64,000 nt of DNA from Phoronis australis (lineage: Eukaryota > Animalia > Phoronida): contig NMRA01000749.1 in the NCBI GenBank assembly GCA_002633005.1, forward strand, positions 1-64,000. The letters run 5' to 3'. Shown in pieces: positions 23,101 to 38,100 of this stretch. A model generated the notes under the pieces. It searched no databases and had not been told where the DNA came from. It was given only the letters and a program-made list of their open reading frames with translations. The translations under genes and the position numbers were made by a program. The stretch's first letter is position 1; each line of letters opens with the position of its first letter.

Positions 23101-26100
23101 TCCAGCATTTACTCATGGCACGTGTTCGTGCTTGTCACTCAAATTCCTATTCTCTGCCAGCTGCTGTATCAACGATAAAAGGAGGTCAGTTCGCTAAAAA
23201 ACTTGGAATGGCGCAAGTAGAAATGTTTGATAAAACAGAAATTAAATATAAAAAGCATGAAACGTGGAAGCAAACAAAAATATTTATTTCATGTTTTTGG
23301 GAAATGCTTGCTTTCATTTAAAAAAAAAAGTTTTCTTGCTTTCAAATTTGTGTTTTTTACGCTGTCTTGCGATAAACGTTTTCTTNACAAGGAGGAGAAA
23401 ATTTATTCATGTTCATCTGGGAAATGACATAGTGCTTTTGTGCTCTGAAAATTCACTCGCCATCTGGGTGACCAGCAAGTCAACTTCTACTCGCCCAGCT
23501 ATATTCTTACTCGCATTGGCGACTGGCCGAGTGACTAAGTATGTCCCTGTACAGACCAGTTGGTCACATGATCACTACGCCAGAACTTGCCCAGCATGTT
23601 CCAGTCAACTGAGAAGTAAAATCATATCTCACAAATCCATCCGTGCTTCACAAATTTTCTCCCAGTTTATTTCAAAGTTTGTCTGCGAAGTTGAATTTCA
23701 TTGGCTAACGTTGAGTATCTTAACTTCCCTTGTTTCAGTTAAACCAAAAGGAAAAGCAGGAGCCAGCAAGTCCAAGGCGCTCGACTCTGTGTCTAGTGAG
23801 AGCGGGGCAGATGAGAGTAGCGACAGTGGAAGTGCTGACTCTGACAAGAAGGAGAAGAAGGCTAAAAAGACGTCAGAGTTTGACAAGCTGCTCAAGGCCA
23901 GGCTGTCGGACGGTGACTCTAGCGATGACTTTGCTACCCCTATTAAGAAGAAGAAGAATCTGAAGTATGTGCTCTGTATTATGTGTGTTAAAGTTAAGGT
24001 GTTCTGGTTTACCGTGGAATTAAGTGAGAGTGCACTGTCATGTAATTTCTGAATTTGCCTTCGGTTGACTGTGAAAATGTTGTTCGAATCTGCTGTAGTC
24101 ATTCTCAGCTGGTCTCGTTTTGTATAATGTGTTTTATTATGATGACATTTGATTTGGTGGTTTCATTGCAGGAGTCGCCGGTTGATGGATAGCGACAATG
24201 GCAGTGAGACCTCACTGCGTTCTGATGGCAGCGAGGAAGATGAAGATAGTGACTCGAGCGGCTTGATGAAGAAGAAGAAGAAGAAGAAAACTAAGAGGAA
24301 GTCATCTTCATCCAGTCCCAGTGAGTTCAGCGAAAACAGCGATTTTGAGAACAGAAAGGGAAAAAAGAAGAAGAAGACGGCGAGGAAGCGAATTAAAGCT
24401 ATCAGCATATCATCTGACGACAATCAGGTTGATTTACTTTGCCACTATTCTTGATTGTTTGTGGATTAAATCATAAATTGTCTCTGTCTAAATCCATCAA
24501 CCACATTACGGCGTCCTAACATATAAAGTGGGTTTTGGTATGCATAATTCGTAATTAAGCATGCATGTTATGTAATCTATGCGAACTTCAAAACAGAAAC
24601 AGTCGTGTGTGTTGTGTTTCCTGTAACATTTTAGCGTGTGAACGGGGGATTAGAAAATCACCTGTTTTGTGTATATCAAGTTTCCCTTTGCATTTGTTCT
24701 ATGGCACATTTTCATTTCAGTCGACGGCCGACTCGCAGGCTGTGGAGGGCGATGACGATGCGCCTGGCTCTCAGAAGAGGAAGAAAATTCGCAAGTTGAT
24801 CTCTGACGAGAAACTTACGAAGGAAACAAAAGACGCCGCCAAAGCCGAGCAAGAGAGGCGAAAGCGTATTGAAGAGCGACAGAAAATGGTGCCAGCCTTC
24901 TTTTTTTCTTATATTTATTTGAACAAAGTATTTCACAGTACAAAAAGTAGAACATACATACACGCACGCATACATACATCACAAACACAATCTTCTTAAA
25001 AGTATACTAAACCAAGTTTCAGTGTATTAACAGATATTTATTTGCACAAAATAACCCACACCTGTTTGCCCCCTTGTAATACACTAATTATTGAGAACTC
25101 CGCGCACAGTCTGCTAAATTGACACACAATATTGGCTCATTAGTGAAATTCTATTTTTCTCCACAAGGTTAAAGATTGAGAACATTTATTACAGGTTATT
25201 ACAAGCTTGGATTGTAGTGTTTAGATGTCCTAAACATGACTTGTTAAAACTCTTCTTGTTATTTTCTAAAACGTAATCAGCCTTTGAAAAGTGTGAAAAT
25301 TTCTATTTTGTCAAATTATTTTTGTGCGGAGAAAGTGGACAATTGACATAAAGTGAAATTTGACTCAATAATCATTTGATGTAAATTCTTGTTTAAAAAC
25401 AACAATATTTCATTTGTTTCTCAGTTGCCCAATTTTTGGCATGAAGCAGTTTTGTGTATTTTCATTTTTTCACGTGCTATTATCTTTTGTCATAAAGGTG
25501 CTACCGTATTCGCCCCAATAACCGCCCATGCCCCTATAAGGGCCCCCCCACGCGTTTTCAGACTTTGCTGAAATAAGTGCCCACCCCATGAACGTATACA
25601 TTGCGAAAAATGTCTTGCCTACAGCGCTAAAATTCCACAGTAACGTCTTCAATTTGTCAACAAGATCTGGCAGTCCTAAAAAAATCATTGTGCGCGGAGT
25701 TTCTAGACTAGCAGCCTCGCCGCTATATGTCGGTATTTAGCCATGACTATGCACTTCAAACTTCCGCCGTGCTCTAAAAAGATCGCAAGTTTTGCTGATC
25801 TTGCGAGGAACGTGTCTCACCATGGTCTGGCCATTCAATGTCAGAACAGACACAGCCGATTGAATCTTTCCATATCTTCTCCCTCACTAGAACAGGATTC
25901 CAATTTTTTTTGTACATGTAAAAACTGCAAATCGAAGACTAATAAAAATTTGGTATTAAAAGCACGTGGCCCGGAAGCGCGCTACACACATCGCAGACAT
26001 TAATCTTCAGGACCAATCTATTCATAATGGGTAACAAAGCACCGCCAAGCAATAAATATTGGCACTTTAATTTCTGACAGTTTCTAATACCATAAAAAAC

Positions 26101-29100
26101 TTTAACATTATTTTTAAGAAGGATTGTTCAATTAACAATAATTGGTGTTTTTTAAGCCAAATATCCGATAAAATGACCTGACAGTGAATGCTAACACACC
26201 CTTACACCCAAAACTGTTAGACTCTCACGTACGCATCCATCCACAGGGCGACTAATATGGCCTTACCGAGACAATTGTGGAACGTTTTTTGGCATATGAG
26301 ACCAGCAAGTGCTGAATAAAACGCGTTCTGATTTACCGTTGCTTGTGCCAATTTCTTGAGATGCAATGCACATCTAGCTCGTTAGATTGCGTTTGCTCTG
26401 GCAATTGAACTCTGGTGACACGCACGACGCACTCGCTTACTTATGCGAGGCAGACGAACTTCAAAACAAATGTTACGTGACAACAACATGTGCGTTTGTC
26501 CAGAGATTTTACTTGTGTTGCCGAGTAGCCCTACGATCATAGGTGGCATGATCTAGCAGAGATTTGGACTTAACCTGCCGTTAATCCCAACTCCACGGGC
26601 ATTGAAAAATCTTGGGCGCTAACTTAAGGAAGATTTCATGTAATTTGCTTGAGTCGAAGCTATTTTTATTCTGACAAGCATTCAAGTTGTTATATCGACA
26701 ATTTCTAGGCAGTCAGTCGTCACCGGAGTTTTCGCCCTAGGATTTCAGCACAGTTGTCTGTAAAATGATTGTAATTTAACAGCAAAGTTTGATAGCACTG
26801 CACCACAATTTTGTAGAAAGTCTGTCATAGGCTACAGATCTGTCACAGAGTGTAAATATGATGAACCTTAGCTTCCGATTTCACCCGTTTTCAACTGCCT
26901 TGTGTAAAATTAAGCGTCCCCCTGAAACGAAACTTTTTTAAGCGCCCTGGGCAGTATTACTGTTTATATAGCATCCCCAAAGATGTGAAAAATGTTCCCT
27001 ATGATTAGAGGATTGGAATTGATCACTGCGTACTCTGTGCACATACTGAAAATGGCTGAGAGAACGCAAATTTAATTTGTAGTTTAATGAGGCGATCGTG
27101 ATCGAAGACTCACCAGCAAAGATACCGCAGGCATCAAGACTAGTTCTTGATCAGGATGGTGAGACTACAATAGCTGTTAACAAGATGTTGGTGAAGAAAC
27201 TGAAGCCTCATCAGGTTGAAGGTGAGTAGAAGTTAAAGTGAGGAAAATTGGCGAGAAAAGTGCTTTAAAGTTTATCTTCAAGATGATTGTTTGAATTCAT
27301 GACCTGAGCAATCGCAGTCTAATACTTTGCTGTCGGAGTGAAACTCTGATGGGCTGTCTGTGTCGATCAGTCGTGATGACTCAATGGAAGCAAACACAGA
27401 AGCAAGACGCCGGCCTTTTGCCCGACTGTTTATGTCACTTCCTGATGTGTGAATAGTTAACAAGATTGAAGCGAAAGCATCTCACTCTCAGTCTTGCGCT
27501 ATTTTGCGCGACACATTTGCCTGGACCGTCGGTTTGTGCAAAAGCACACCCCAACAAAATTTGTTTTTAAGTTTTAACATCCACGCTCGACCTGATGCTT
27601 ACACTGTGAATTCGGAGCTCCTCAATTTAATCGTGCCAGTCATTAACTCTGGTGATCAAAGTTGTTCGTGTTGAGATATGTTTTATGATCTTTGTTTGTA
27701 TTACTGGCTGTCCCCAATGTTGTTGAAATTTATTGGACTAGATATGTTACTGCTACTTAACGATAATGCCTGTTTTGTTCTAAAGCTGTACACTTTCTGT
27801 GGAACTGTTGCGCCGAGTCTTTGGAAAGACTTCAGAAAGAGGCTGGGTCTGGTTGTATCCTCGCTCATTGTATGGGCCTTGGAAAAACGTTGTCGGTAAG
27901 TCGTGGCTGTTTTGTATTGTACCTCTTTTGTATGGCTTTTCTGCTTTCCTCCAAGTTATTACAAAATAAAAATTATTATTCTTACTGTTATTACTTTTTC
28001 GTGTCATTGAAAAAAAATAATAATTACTTTTGTTATGTAATAAATTGTAAAAATTTAAATCTGAGTAGTCAAGTAACTCTAGTTGCTGTTATTTTAGGTT
28101 ATCACATTTCTTCACACACTGCTGGTAAACTCAGAGAATACCAATATTAAATCGGCGCTTGTAGTGGCCCCTTACAATACGGTGCTGAACTGGAAGGCAG
28201 AGTTTGATAAATGGACCAAAGATATGGATGATGAAGATGAGATAGAGGTATTACTTTATTGTTTTTGTTTTAAATTTTCAGTAGAATTTGTTGATCATAA
28301 TTCTTTAACAAGAACACCTGTGATATGTTTTCTTAAAGAGGGCAGAACTTTGATTCACCAGTTGGAAATGGTGCACTCAACGCAATATGAAAAAATTGCT
28401 TAGTTGTTAGCATGGTTTATATAGTAATGAAGTCACCAAAGATTTTGTAAAACTGTTAGTATTCGCAGAAACATTGTTGTCTTGACTGAATGTAGTGTTC
28501 ATCGTGATTAGTGATCGAAGTTGTTTTGTTCGTAACATTTGGTGAGAGTAAATTTTACAACAGCAAATGTCTTGTTTTTTATCTGATACAGTCATTGCTT
28601 ATCTCTACGTTGTTAATCAAAAGGGAACAACAGGTGAGTGGATTGCAACAATTTAGATTAAATCTTTAAAGCTTAGCTGATCCGCTTAGAGCTGTTGAAT
28701 GGTTCATGTCATCAACTGCTTTTCTTGAGTTTAGTAAATTGATTTTCAGGTGTATGAGATATCCCACGTCAAAGAAAATGCTGAAAGATCATACTACTTA
28801 AACACCTGGAGGAAAGGGGGTGGCGTGATGATTATGGGTTACGAGATGTATCGCAATCTGTCGCAGGGAAGTCGTGTTAAGAATAAGAAGCAGAAGGCCA
28901 TCTTTAAAGAGGCTCTTGTTGACCCAGGTATTGCATCNCTTGTCTCGTTTTGTATAATGTGTTTTATTATGATGACATTTGATTTGGTGGTTTCATTGCA
29001 GGAGTCGCCGGTTGATGGATAGCGACAATGGCAGCGATACCTCACTGCGTTCTGATGGCAGCGAGGAAGATGAGGATAGTGACTCGAGTGGCTTGATGAA

Positions 29101-32100
29101 GAAGAAGAAGAAGAAGAAGAAAACTAAGAGGAAGTCATCTTCATCCAGTTCCAGTGAGTTCAGCGAAAACAGCGATTTTGAGAACAGAAAGGGAAAAAAG
29201 AAGAAGAAGACGGCGAGGAAGCGAATTAAAGCTATCAGCATATCATCTGATGACAATCAGGTTGATTTACTTTGCCACTATTCTTGATTGTTTGTGGATT
29301 AAATCATAAATTGTCTCTTTCTAAATCCATCAACCACATTACGGCGTCTTAACATATAAAATGGGTTTTGGTATGCATAATTCGTAATTAAGCATGCATG
29401 TTATGTAATCTATGCGAACTTCAAAACAGAAACAGTCGTGTGTGTTGTGTTTCCTGCAACATTTTAGCGTGTGAACGGGGGATTAGAAAATCACCTGTTT
29501 TGTGTATATCAAATTTCCCTTTGCATTTGTTCTATGGCACATTTTCATTTCAGTCGACGGCCGACTCGCAGGCTGTAGAGGGCGATGACGATGCGCCTGG
29601 CTCTCAGAAGAGGAAGAAAATTCGCAAGCTGATCTCTGACGAGAAACTTACGAAGGAAACAAAGGACGCCGCCAAAGCCGAGCAAGAGAGGCGAAAGCGT
29701 ATTGAAGAGCGACAGAAAATGGTGCCAGCCTTCTTTTTTTCTTATATTTATTTGAACAAAATATTTCACAGTACAAAAAGTAGAACATACATACACGCAC
29801 ACATACATACATCACAAACACAATCTTCTTAAAAGTATACTATACCAAGTTTCAGTGTATTAACAGATATTTATTTGCACAAAATAACCCACACCTTGTT
29901 GCCCCCTTGTAATACACTAGTTATTGAGAACTCCTCGCACATTCTGCAGCATTACTGTTTATATAGCATCCCCAAAGATGTGAAAATGTTCCCTATGATT
30001 AGAGGATTGGAATTAATAACTGCGTACTCTGTGCACATACTGAAAATGGCTGAGAGAACGCAAATTTAATTTGTAGTTTAATGAGGCGATCGTGATCGAA
30101 GACTCACCAGCAAAGATACCGCAGGCATCAAGACTAGTTCTTGATCAGGATGGTGAGACTACAATAGCCGTTAACAAGATGTTGGTGAAGAAACTGAAGC
30201 CTCACCAGGTTGAAGGTGAGTAGGAGTTGAAGTGAGGAAAATTGGCGAGCAAAATGCTTTAAAGTTCATCTTCAAGATGATTGTGTTTGAATTCACAACC
30301 TGAGCAATCGCAGTCCAATACTTTGCTGTCGGAGCGAAACTCTGATGGGCTGTTTGTGTCGGGTCAGTCGTGATGTCTCAATGGAAGCAAACGCAGAAGC
30401 AAGACGCCGGCCTTTTGCCCGACTATTTATGTCACTTCCTGATGTGTGAATAAACAAGATTGAAGCGAAAGCACCTCACTGTTAGTGTTGCACTATTTTG
30501 CGCGACGCATTTGCCTGGATCGTCGGTTTGTGCAAAAAGCACACCCCGACAAAATTTGTTTTTAAGTTTTAACATCCACGCTCGACCTGATGCTTACGCT
30601 GTGAATTCGGAGCTCCTCAATTTAATCGTGCGAGGCATTAACTCTGGTGATCAAAGTTGTTTGTGTTGAGATATGTTTTATGATCTTTGTTTGTATTACT
30701 GGCTGTCCCCAATGTTGTTGAAATTTATTGGACTAGATATGTTACTGCTACTTTACGATAACGCCTGTTTTGTTCTAAAGCTGTACACTTTCTGTGGAAC
30801 TGTTGCGCCGAGTCTTTGGAAAGACTTCAGAAAGAGACTGGGTCTGGTTGTATCCTCGCTCATTGTATGGGCCTTGGAAAAACGTTGTCGGTAAGTCGTG
30901 GCTGTTTTGTATTGTACCTCTTTTGTATGGCTTTTCTGCTTTCCTCCAAGTTATTACAAAGTAAAAATTATTATTATTACTGTTATTACTTTTTCGTGTC
31001 ATTGAAAAAATTACTTTTTGTTATGTAATAAATTGTAAAAATTTAAATCTGAGTAATCAAGTAACTCTAGTTGCTGTTATTTTAGGTTATCACATTTCTT
31101 CACACACTGCTGGTAAACTCAGAGAATACCAATATTAAATCGGCGCTTGTAGTGGCCCCTTACAATACGGTGCTGAACTGGAAGGCAGAGTTTGATAAAT
31201 GGACCAAAGATATGGATGATGAAGATGAGATAGAGGTATTACTTTATTGTTTTTGTTTTAAATTTTCAGTAGAATTTGTTGATCATAATTCTTTAACAAG
31301 AACACCTGTGATATGTTTTCTTAAAGAGGGCAGAACTTTGATTCACCAGTTGGAAATGGTGCACTCAACGCAATATGAAAAAATTGCTTAGTTGTTAGCA
31401 TGGTTTATATAGTAATGAAGTCACCAAAGATTTTGTAAAACTGTTAGTATTCGCAGAAACATTGTTGTCTTGACTGAATGTAGTGTTCATCGTGATTAGT
31501 GATCGAAGTTGTTTTGTTCGTAACATTTGGTGAGAGTAAATTTTACAACAGCAAATGTCTTGTTTTTTATCTGATACAGTCATTGCTTATCTCTACGTTG
31601 TTAATCAAAAGGGAACAACAGGTGAGTGGATTGCAACAATTTAGATTAAATCTTTAAAGCTTAGCTGATCCGCTTAGAGCTGTTGAATGGTTCCTGTCAT
31701 CAACTGCTTTTCTTCAGTCTAGTAAATTGATTTTCAGGTGTATGAGATATCCCACGTCAAAGAAAATGCTGAAAGATCATACTACTTAAACACCTGGAGG
31801 AAAGGGGGTGGCGTGATGATTATGGGTTACGAGATGTATCGCAACCTGTCGCAGGGAAGTCGTGTTAAGAATAAGAAGCAGAAGGCCATCTTTAAAGAGG
31901 CTCTTGTTGACCCAGGTATTGCATCATTAAGTATACTGGCATTTTGTACTGTTCTAGTCTCTGGTTCGTACTGTCTTGAAATACCTTTGAATTTATAACC
32001 TTGGCCTTGAAGTCCTTGAATTAAGTTCTGTTAATGAAAAGCCAAATCATTTAGAAGCCTACACCTCACTGCTTAAAAACGCAATCCACCTGCACCAATT

Positions 32101-35100
32101 TCAGCCAATCTCTTGGAACTTTTTTCAAGAGTCACAAAATACACAACAAGCATTTACATGGTTTGGTTTTTCATGGTGGCCACAATCACCACATGATTGA
32201 CAATGACTCACTGCCTCAAGTGCATGAGTACAGCCAAAGAAAAAGAGAAAAATGCACAATTTTCTTATCTCAGATGATTTTTTAAATGGACAAGTAAAAC
32301 AATACCGTTCTACCATGTCAATTTTCAAAAACACATGACCAGAACCAATTATTTTCCTTTCTGGTGTTTCACATTTTACTGTCACATGCAGTGCAAGACA
32401 AAAGTAATCACAGGCATAATGTCATTTCCCAGTCACGACGGCAAATTCTGATAACAAAAAAATGCAGGTAATAACTATTCTGCGGATAAAATTCTAATTG
32501 CGTGAAGGCTTAGCCGTTGTACTGACTTTCCCATTAATTTCCATATCATTCTCAGTCGTGAGGGAAGACCATGCTGACAGTGAATTCACCTTCTGCCCGG
32601 TCCTCATGATGGGGGAATTTCAGGTTATTTTGTGTGAATACTTCTGGCTTGCACTGTAGAGTCTATGTAAACCACAGGAGTTTCGGTTTGAAAACTTGTC
32701 ACCTTGAGTGCCACCACTGAGCATTCCTACCTGCCCAGCACTGGATGTTACAGTGTCCTGACCTTCGACTGATACATTTCTTTATTGTAGGTCCAGATAT
32801 TGTTGTCTGTGATGAAGGGCACATCTTGAAGAACCAGGCTTCGGCCATATCAAAGTGTATGAACGCTATCAAGACGAGACGAAGAATTGTGTTGACGGGG
32901 ACTCCGTTGCAAAATAACCTCAAGGAATGTGAGTACAACTGGTATCACTGGAAATTGGGGTTAGCCAGGATCGTACATTCTGAGGTTGTTATGGTTTTTG
33001 TGACTGCTCCTTTTTTTGTAGTTTTCCATATTTGTTAATATTTTGTCTTCTTTTTTTCAAACTTTGATTAACTTATGCAATAATTTGGACTGCATTCTGA
33101 AATACCATAAAACTCTGAAAGACAGTCTCATCCAATGTATGAGAAAACTGCAATTGTTGTTACATGTAAAGTAACTATTTGCTCAATAACGTTGCCTCTT
33201 GCAGAGAAAGCAAAGCTTGTGTGATGTACACCGCGAGAATTTGTAAAAGCTTATTGCATGCGTGTTGTATAACTGATTAAAGTTGAGTCACCTCTGGCCC
33301 TGTTAAATGCAGTAAGTTGTGCCAAAAAGTAACATCCCTACTTGTATTGAAATCTGATCCTGTTGTAGACCATTGCATGGTGGACTTTGTCAAGCCACTT
33401 CTGCTCGGCACCTTCAGGGAGTTCTCTAACCGCTTCATCAACCCAATCACAAATGGACAGTGCGCCGACTCGTCCAGTCGAGACGTAAAACTGATGAAGA
33501 AGAGGGCCCACATCCTGCACGAGATGTTGGACGGATGCGTGCAGGTAGGTGGTGTTGCCTGCCACAGCGCATGCTCCTTTGTTGATTGGGAGGCGTTATT
33601 TCAAAATGTCAATTCTTTCTCTGAGCAGTAGATCATATTGAAAGCGTATGGTGTGCAAAAGGCTGTTAGACTGCAGTCTGAGCTCAACGAGACAAAAAAG
33701 TGAATGGTTGTTGACCCGTTTTTTGTGTAAATTAGTGAACCATAATAAACTTAAAGTAATTTCTGCCACATTATAAGGCGACATGGTGAAAATCACAAAG
33801 CTTGGCGTTGTTTCCAGAGAAAAGACTACTCAGTCCTGACAAAGTTCCTGCCTCCAAAGTTTGAGTATGTCATCGCTGTCCGCTTGTCAGACATGCAGGT
33901 GAAACTGTACCAAGAGTACTTGGACAGGGGAGACAACTTTGAGAATCAGGTGACGACCAAGGGAGCACGCTTGTTCTCCGACTATCAGTTCCTAATGAGG
34001 ATATGGACACATCCGTGGCAATTAAGAATGCAGGAGATCCGACAGGACGCTCAGGTAGGGATACCTGTTTTATCAAAAGTCATAAGTACAGTGTTTAGTT
34101 GTAAGGGTCGTTTCTTCGATTTTAATTTGCATATCGTTCATTAATGTGTCTTGTGAAGACATTTGTTATGTCAGTTAGTGATAAATTATCTACTTAACAT
34201 CAATTGCTATTTTTTGCTTTTATAAAACATGCAGCGTTGCATTGGCAATATCATGTCTGAGTTTTCATAAAAGAGACCTCAGACTGTAAAATACATTTAA
34301 AATTTCATGTAAATTAATCGACACAAAAATTGATGTTCAAACCTGTTTAGGGTGCCGCATGAATGAAATCGGTTAAATTTGTCGCTAGCAACTCTCATAA
34401 TTTGCCTTCAAAGAGTTATTACAAGCATCAATGAAACTATATTGAGGTATAATTTTAGACGATATATGAATATTGGAATTTGGAGGAAAGCGTTTTCTGC
34501 AAGGGTTGACAAGAACCTCAAGTATCTATGTCTTTAGGTCGTAGTGCCATTTGCTTATTGTCACTAAACTTTCTTAACTGCAACATGTCATTTACTGATG
34601 TTTCTAGGATTTGAAGGCTGAAGAACGAGAATTTATGGTGTCATCAGAAGAGGAGTCTGAGCCCAGTGAGATATCCATTCATGACTCGAGCTCGGAGCAG
34701 GATAGTGACAAGTCGTTAGTTTCAACTTTTTAAGATTCTAGAAATCTTCAGCATCGAGTGCAAAATAGCGCAACAGTTCATGATTTAGTGTCATTAATAT
34801 TGTTGAATTTTTTGAACCGTGAGTCCTGGAAAGAGAATTGAATTGAATCTGTTCAACTGGACTACACTCCCTCCAAAAATCCTGAATCCCTCGGGCACAT
34901 CCGCTCCCTTCCTGAGCAATGATGGATTGATTAGAATGGCGGAAAAAGTGGATCTTCCCACTGTGCTTTGAGCGATCCAAGCAGTAGACAGCAAACCTGT
35001 CACTTATGGGGCTATTGAAGTAACGGATTCAATGCTTTATTGAAGAAGGCCACCTTGGTCTACTGCTATTGATCAAACCTCTCCAGAGCACAGTGGGAAG

Positions 35101-38100
35101 CTAAACCTGTCTAGTCATTCTAATCATTCCACCATTCCTCAAAAAGAGGGCCCACAGATTTTTATTAGGTACTCAAGTTCAGTTGATCAGAATTATTTTC
35201 ATTTCTCTTCCATTACAAGGTTGTTAATGTTATTAGTATTGATTATCCTAGTGGCGCCTCCTAGTGGCTATATCTCCTAAACGCTATACAGGATCTTTAT
35301 TAAATTTAGCAAATGTATTTATATGAATTTGACAACAGACGGCGATGACTTTCGGACAGATCGTCTACCGGTATGCCCCCTAGTGGCAATTTTAGTTTTT
35401 TATGTTTGTCACTGTATCTTCAAAGGTACTCAACGGATTTCCATAAAATTTGGCACATAGACATCTATTAGTGAGGTGACGCTAGCCATTCATCTTCAGA
35501 TTGATTCAAGGTTTTTTGCGCCACCTGTTGGCCATTTTTGTTGTTTTTAAGTCTGTTTTGTGGCGTTCGTCCCTCTGTCAACCAAACCACTCTAAGGATG
35601 ATTATGAAAGTTGGCATGCATGTTCTTTCTATGAAGGGGACAATTGCCGATGATTTTCTGACGACTTTGACTACTATGGAGTCTCCTAGTGGTGATTTTG
35701 TTTTTTCGCACCTATACCTGTGTCTCCTAAGTCCTCTGCAGGATCTTTATCAAATTTAGCACGTGTATTTATATGAAGTTAACAAGAGAAGGTGACGACT
35801 TTTAGACAGATCCGATGAACACTGTGCCCCCTACTGGCAATTTTTTTTGTTTTCCTCTGTTTCTCTGAAGTTCCTCGGGGAATTTAATTTAAGTTGGTAA
35901 ATGGCTTTCTTTTAAAGAAACTATGACATTTTTGGTTTTCAGACAGATTCAACGTATTTTGTGCCATCTAGTGGCCATTTTAATGATACAAATAAACAAC
36001 CCTAAAAGTACACCATTTGCGATGCATTCATGGGCGCATTTCAACGCTCCGCGTTGCTCTTGTATTCGTATGTTATGAATGAAAAACAGTGAAATTAACT
36101 TTTTAGTAGCATAAAATGTTATTTTTTGATCCTAATAACAACCCGGGGAATTTGTTGTTATCAGAACATTGTTGATTGGATGAGTAGAGACACTAAAAAA
36201 GGCATGGAACGGGAAAACTTGTGAAAAATACCTTTTAAACACATCGTGGCGAATCTACTTTTTAGGGATGCATACGTGAGAGTTATGCACCTTGAAAAAA
36301 TTGTTGAAGTCCCTATTTTTTTGAAACACAGATGAAATATAAACCCTTTCGTCACAATACATTTTTCAAATTCTTGGCTCCTAATAATTTATATGCGAGC
36401 ATGTACTCAGAAAAGTTGTACTGACTGCTGCTTGAAATCGCTGTTTTGTTTTCATCAAAGCTCAAAGGTCACAGTTTCCATATAAGGGAAATATGCTATA
36501 TTTAGGTTTTGACAAACCAAGCAAGGAGACATGCTTTGATGGGTGGGAGAAAAATTGGCAAAGTGACGAGCAGTTTGCAGATTGTTTTTTTTTTAAATTT
36601 GAAACTGAAAGAAAAATGCTTTGACATGAACAGAAATTTAAAATGGTTACGAACAAACCGTAAAAATAACTGAACAATTTGCTTTCTGCTTCAGTGGCAG
36701 AGAATCACTTTGAATGATGCAATTCAGTCTTTTTTTCATGTTCTGTTGCACTTCCAACATTTTTTGCTTCTTTTAATAGGTGTGACGTGATAAAAAACTG
36801 GGGAAGTAGGACGCGTGGCTTTGACAAGAAGAACCCTGAGATGGCGAAGAAGAGACGAGATCAGGAAGAGAAGGATAGAGGTAGGGTGTCGTCGAGGCTG
36901 GCTTGTGGTCAAGGGGTTTAAACATGTATTTGCATGCTCCAAAGTATGCTACAGGGCTTGGAATTTTCCGCGGAAACGCGGATTTCTGCTTTTTTCAAAT
37001 GTGCTTTCCGCTTTTTTTATAATATTTCCGCGTAAAAAAGTCAGATTTGATATAAAATTTCCGCGGCAAATTCCTTTCTTACTGCGGCGTTGCAGACGAC
37101 GTTCACCTCGAAAGCGGAAGTTGCTCTTTATGTTTCGGAGGAATGTAAATTGTCAACATTGCCGGGGCATCTGGGACAGCGTGGTTGGATTTTCAATGGC
37201 GTCTCGTGTTATTGTTAAGCGCGGCGACAAATACTACCGCTCTGCAGCCAAAAATGTGTGGGTTGGGAGTGGACGGGCGAGCTAAAAGGACGCAGACGCA
37301 TGCTACTGATGGTGGTAACGTTTTTTTTTTTTTTTTTTAGTCCTCCCAATTTTTGTCGGGGAAAGGTTCACATCGACCATTTCAAAGCTGGTTATCGGGC
37401 ATGAAGTTTCAAAGTTTCCGCGTTTTTTGTCATTGGTCATTCCAAGCCCTGTAATGTATAGCAGGACCTATTATGGCAATGCTGTTTGAACATCATCCAC
37501 ACTAAACAAAGTGCAGTTGTATTCATTGACAACTTGTAAATGTGAAGACAAAAAAGTCTGTAAATAGGTGACCTTGCACTAATGACATACCTTGGGGGCT
37601 CACATAGCCCGCATCATGCAGTGTTATTCTCCCATCACCATGTCACGATTCTTCCTGGATGCGGTTCAGTGATTTACAGCAAATCATTTTTGACACAAAT
37701 CACGTTCTTAAAACCATTTAGCAATTTTTAACCTACTTTAATTATTTTCACATTATCAAGTTGCTTAAACCAAAAGTTGGTTACTGACATAAGGTGCAGG
37801 TGTAGTGCCCCTTTAAATTCCACGCATTCAGAGGTCAGAGGTCAATGCTCTCTTCATTTCCCATTGTTGCTTCCAGCGGAAAAGTTGAATCCGTTCAGCG
37901 AGTCGGAAAAGCAGAAAGTTTGGTGGAAGAAGACAGTTAGCGAGGAGTGTCACTGGAAGATGGAATTGAGTGGGAAACTGATGATCTTGTCGGAGATACT
38001 CAAGATGTGTGAGGACATTGGGGACAAGGTGTAAGTTGTCATGGAAACCATTTCTTGTTATTTTGTGGTTGCCAGTGGAAATTTACGTGTATTAAGAAGC

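Noticed and set aside
13820-31925. Novel ATRX with genuinely duplicated or mutually exclusive exon cassettes
   Set aside because: Each duplication abuts a single n, one starts mid-exon, and serial inclusion breaks frame; haplotype artefact is more parsimonious.
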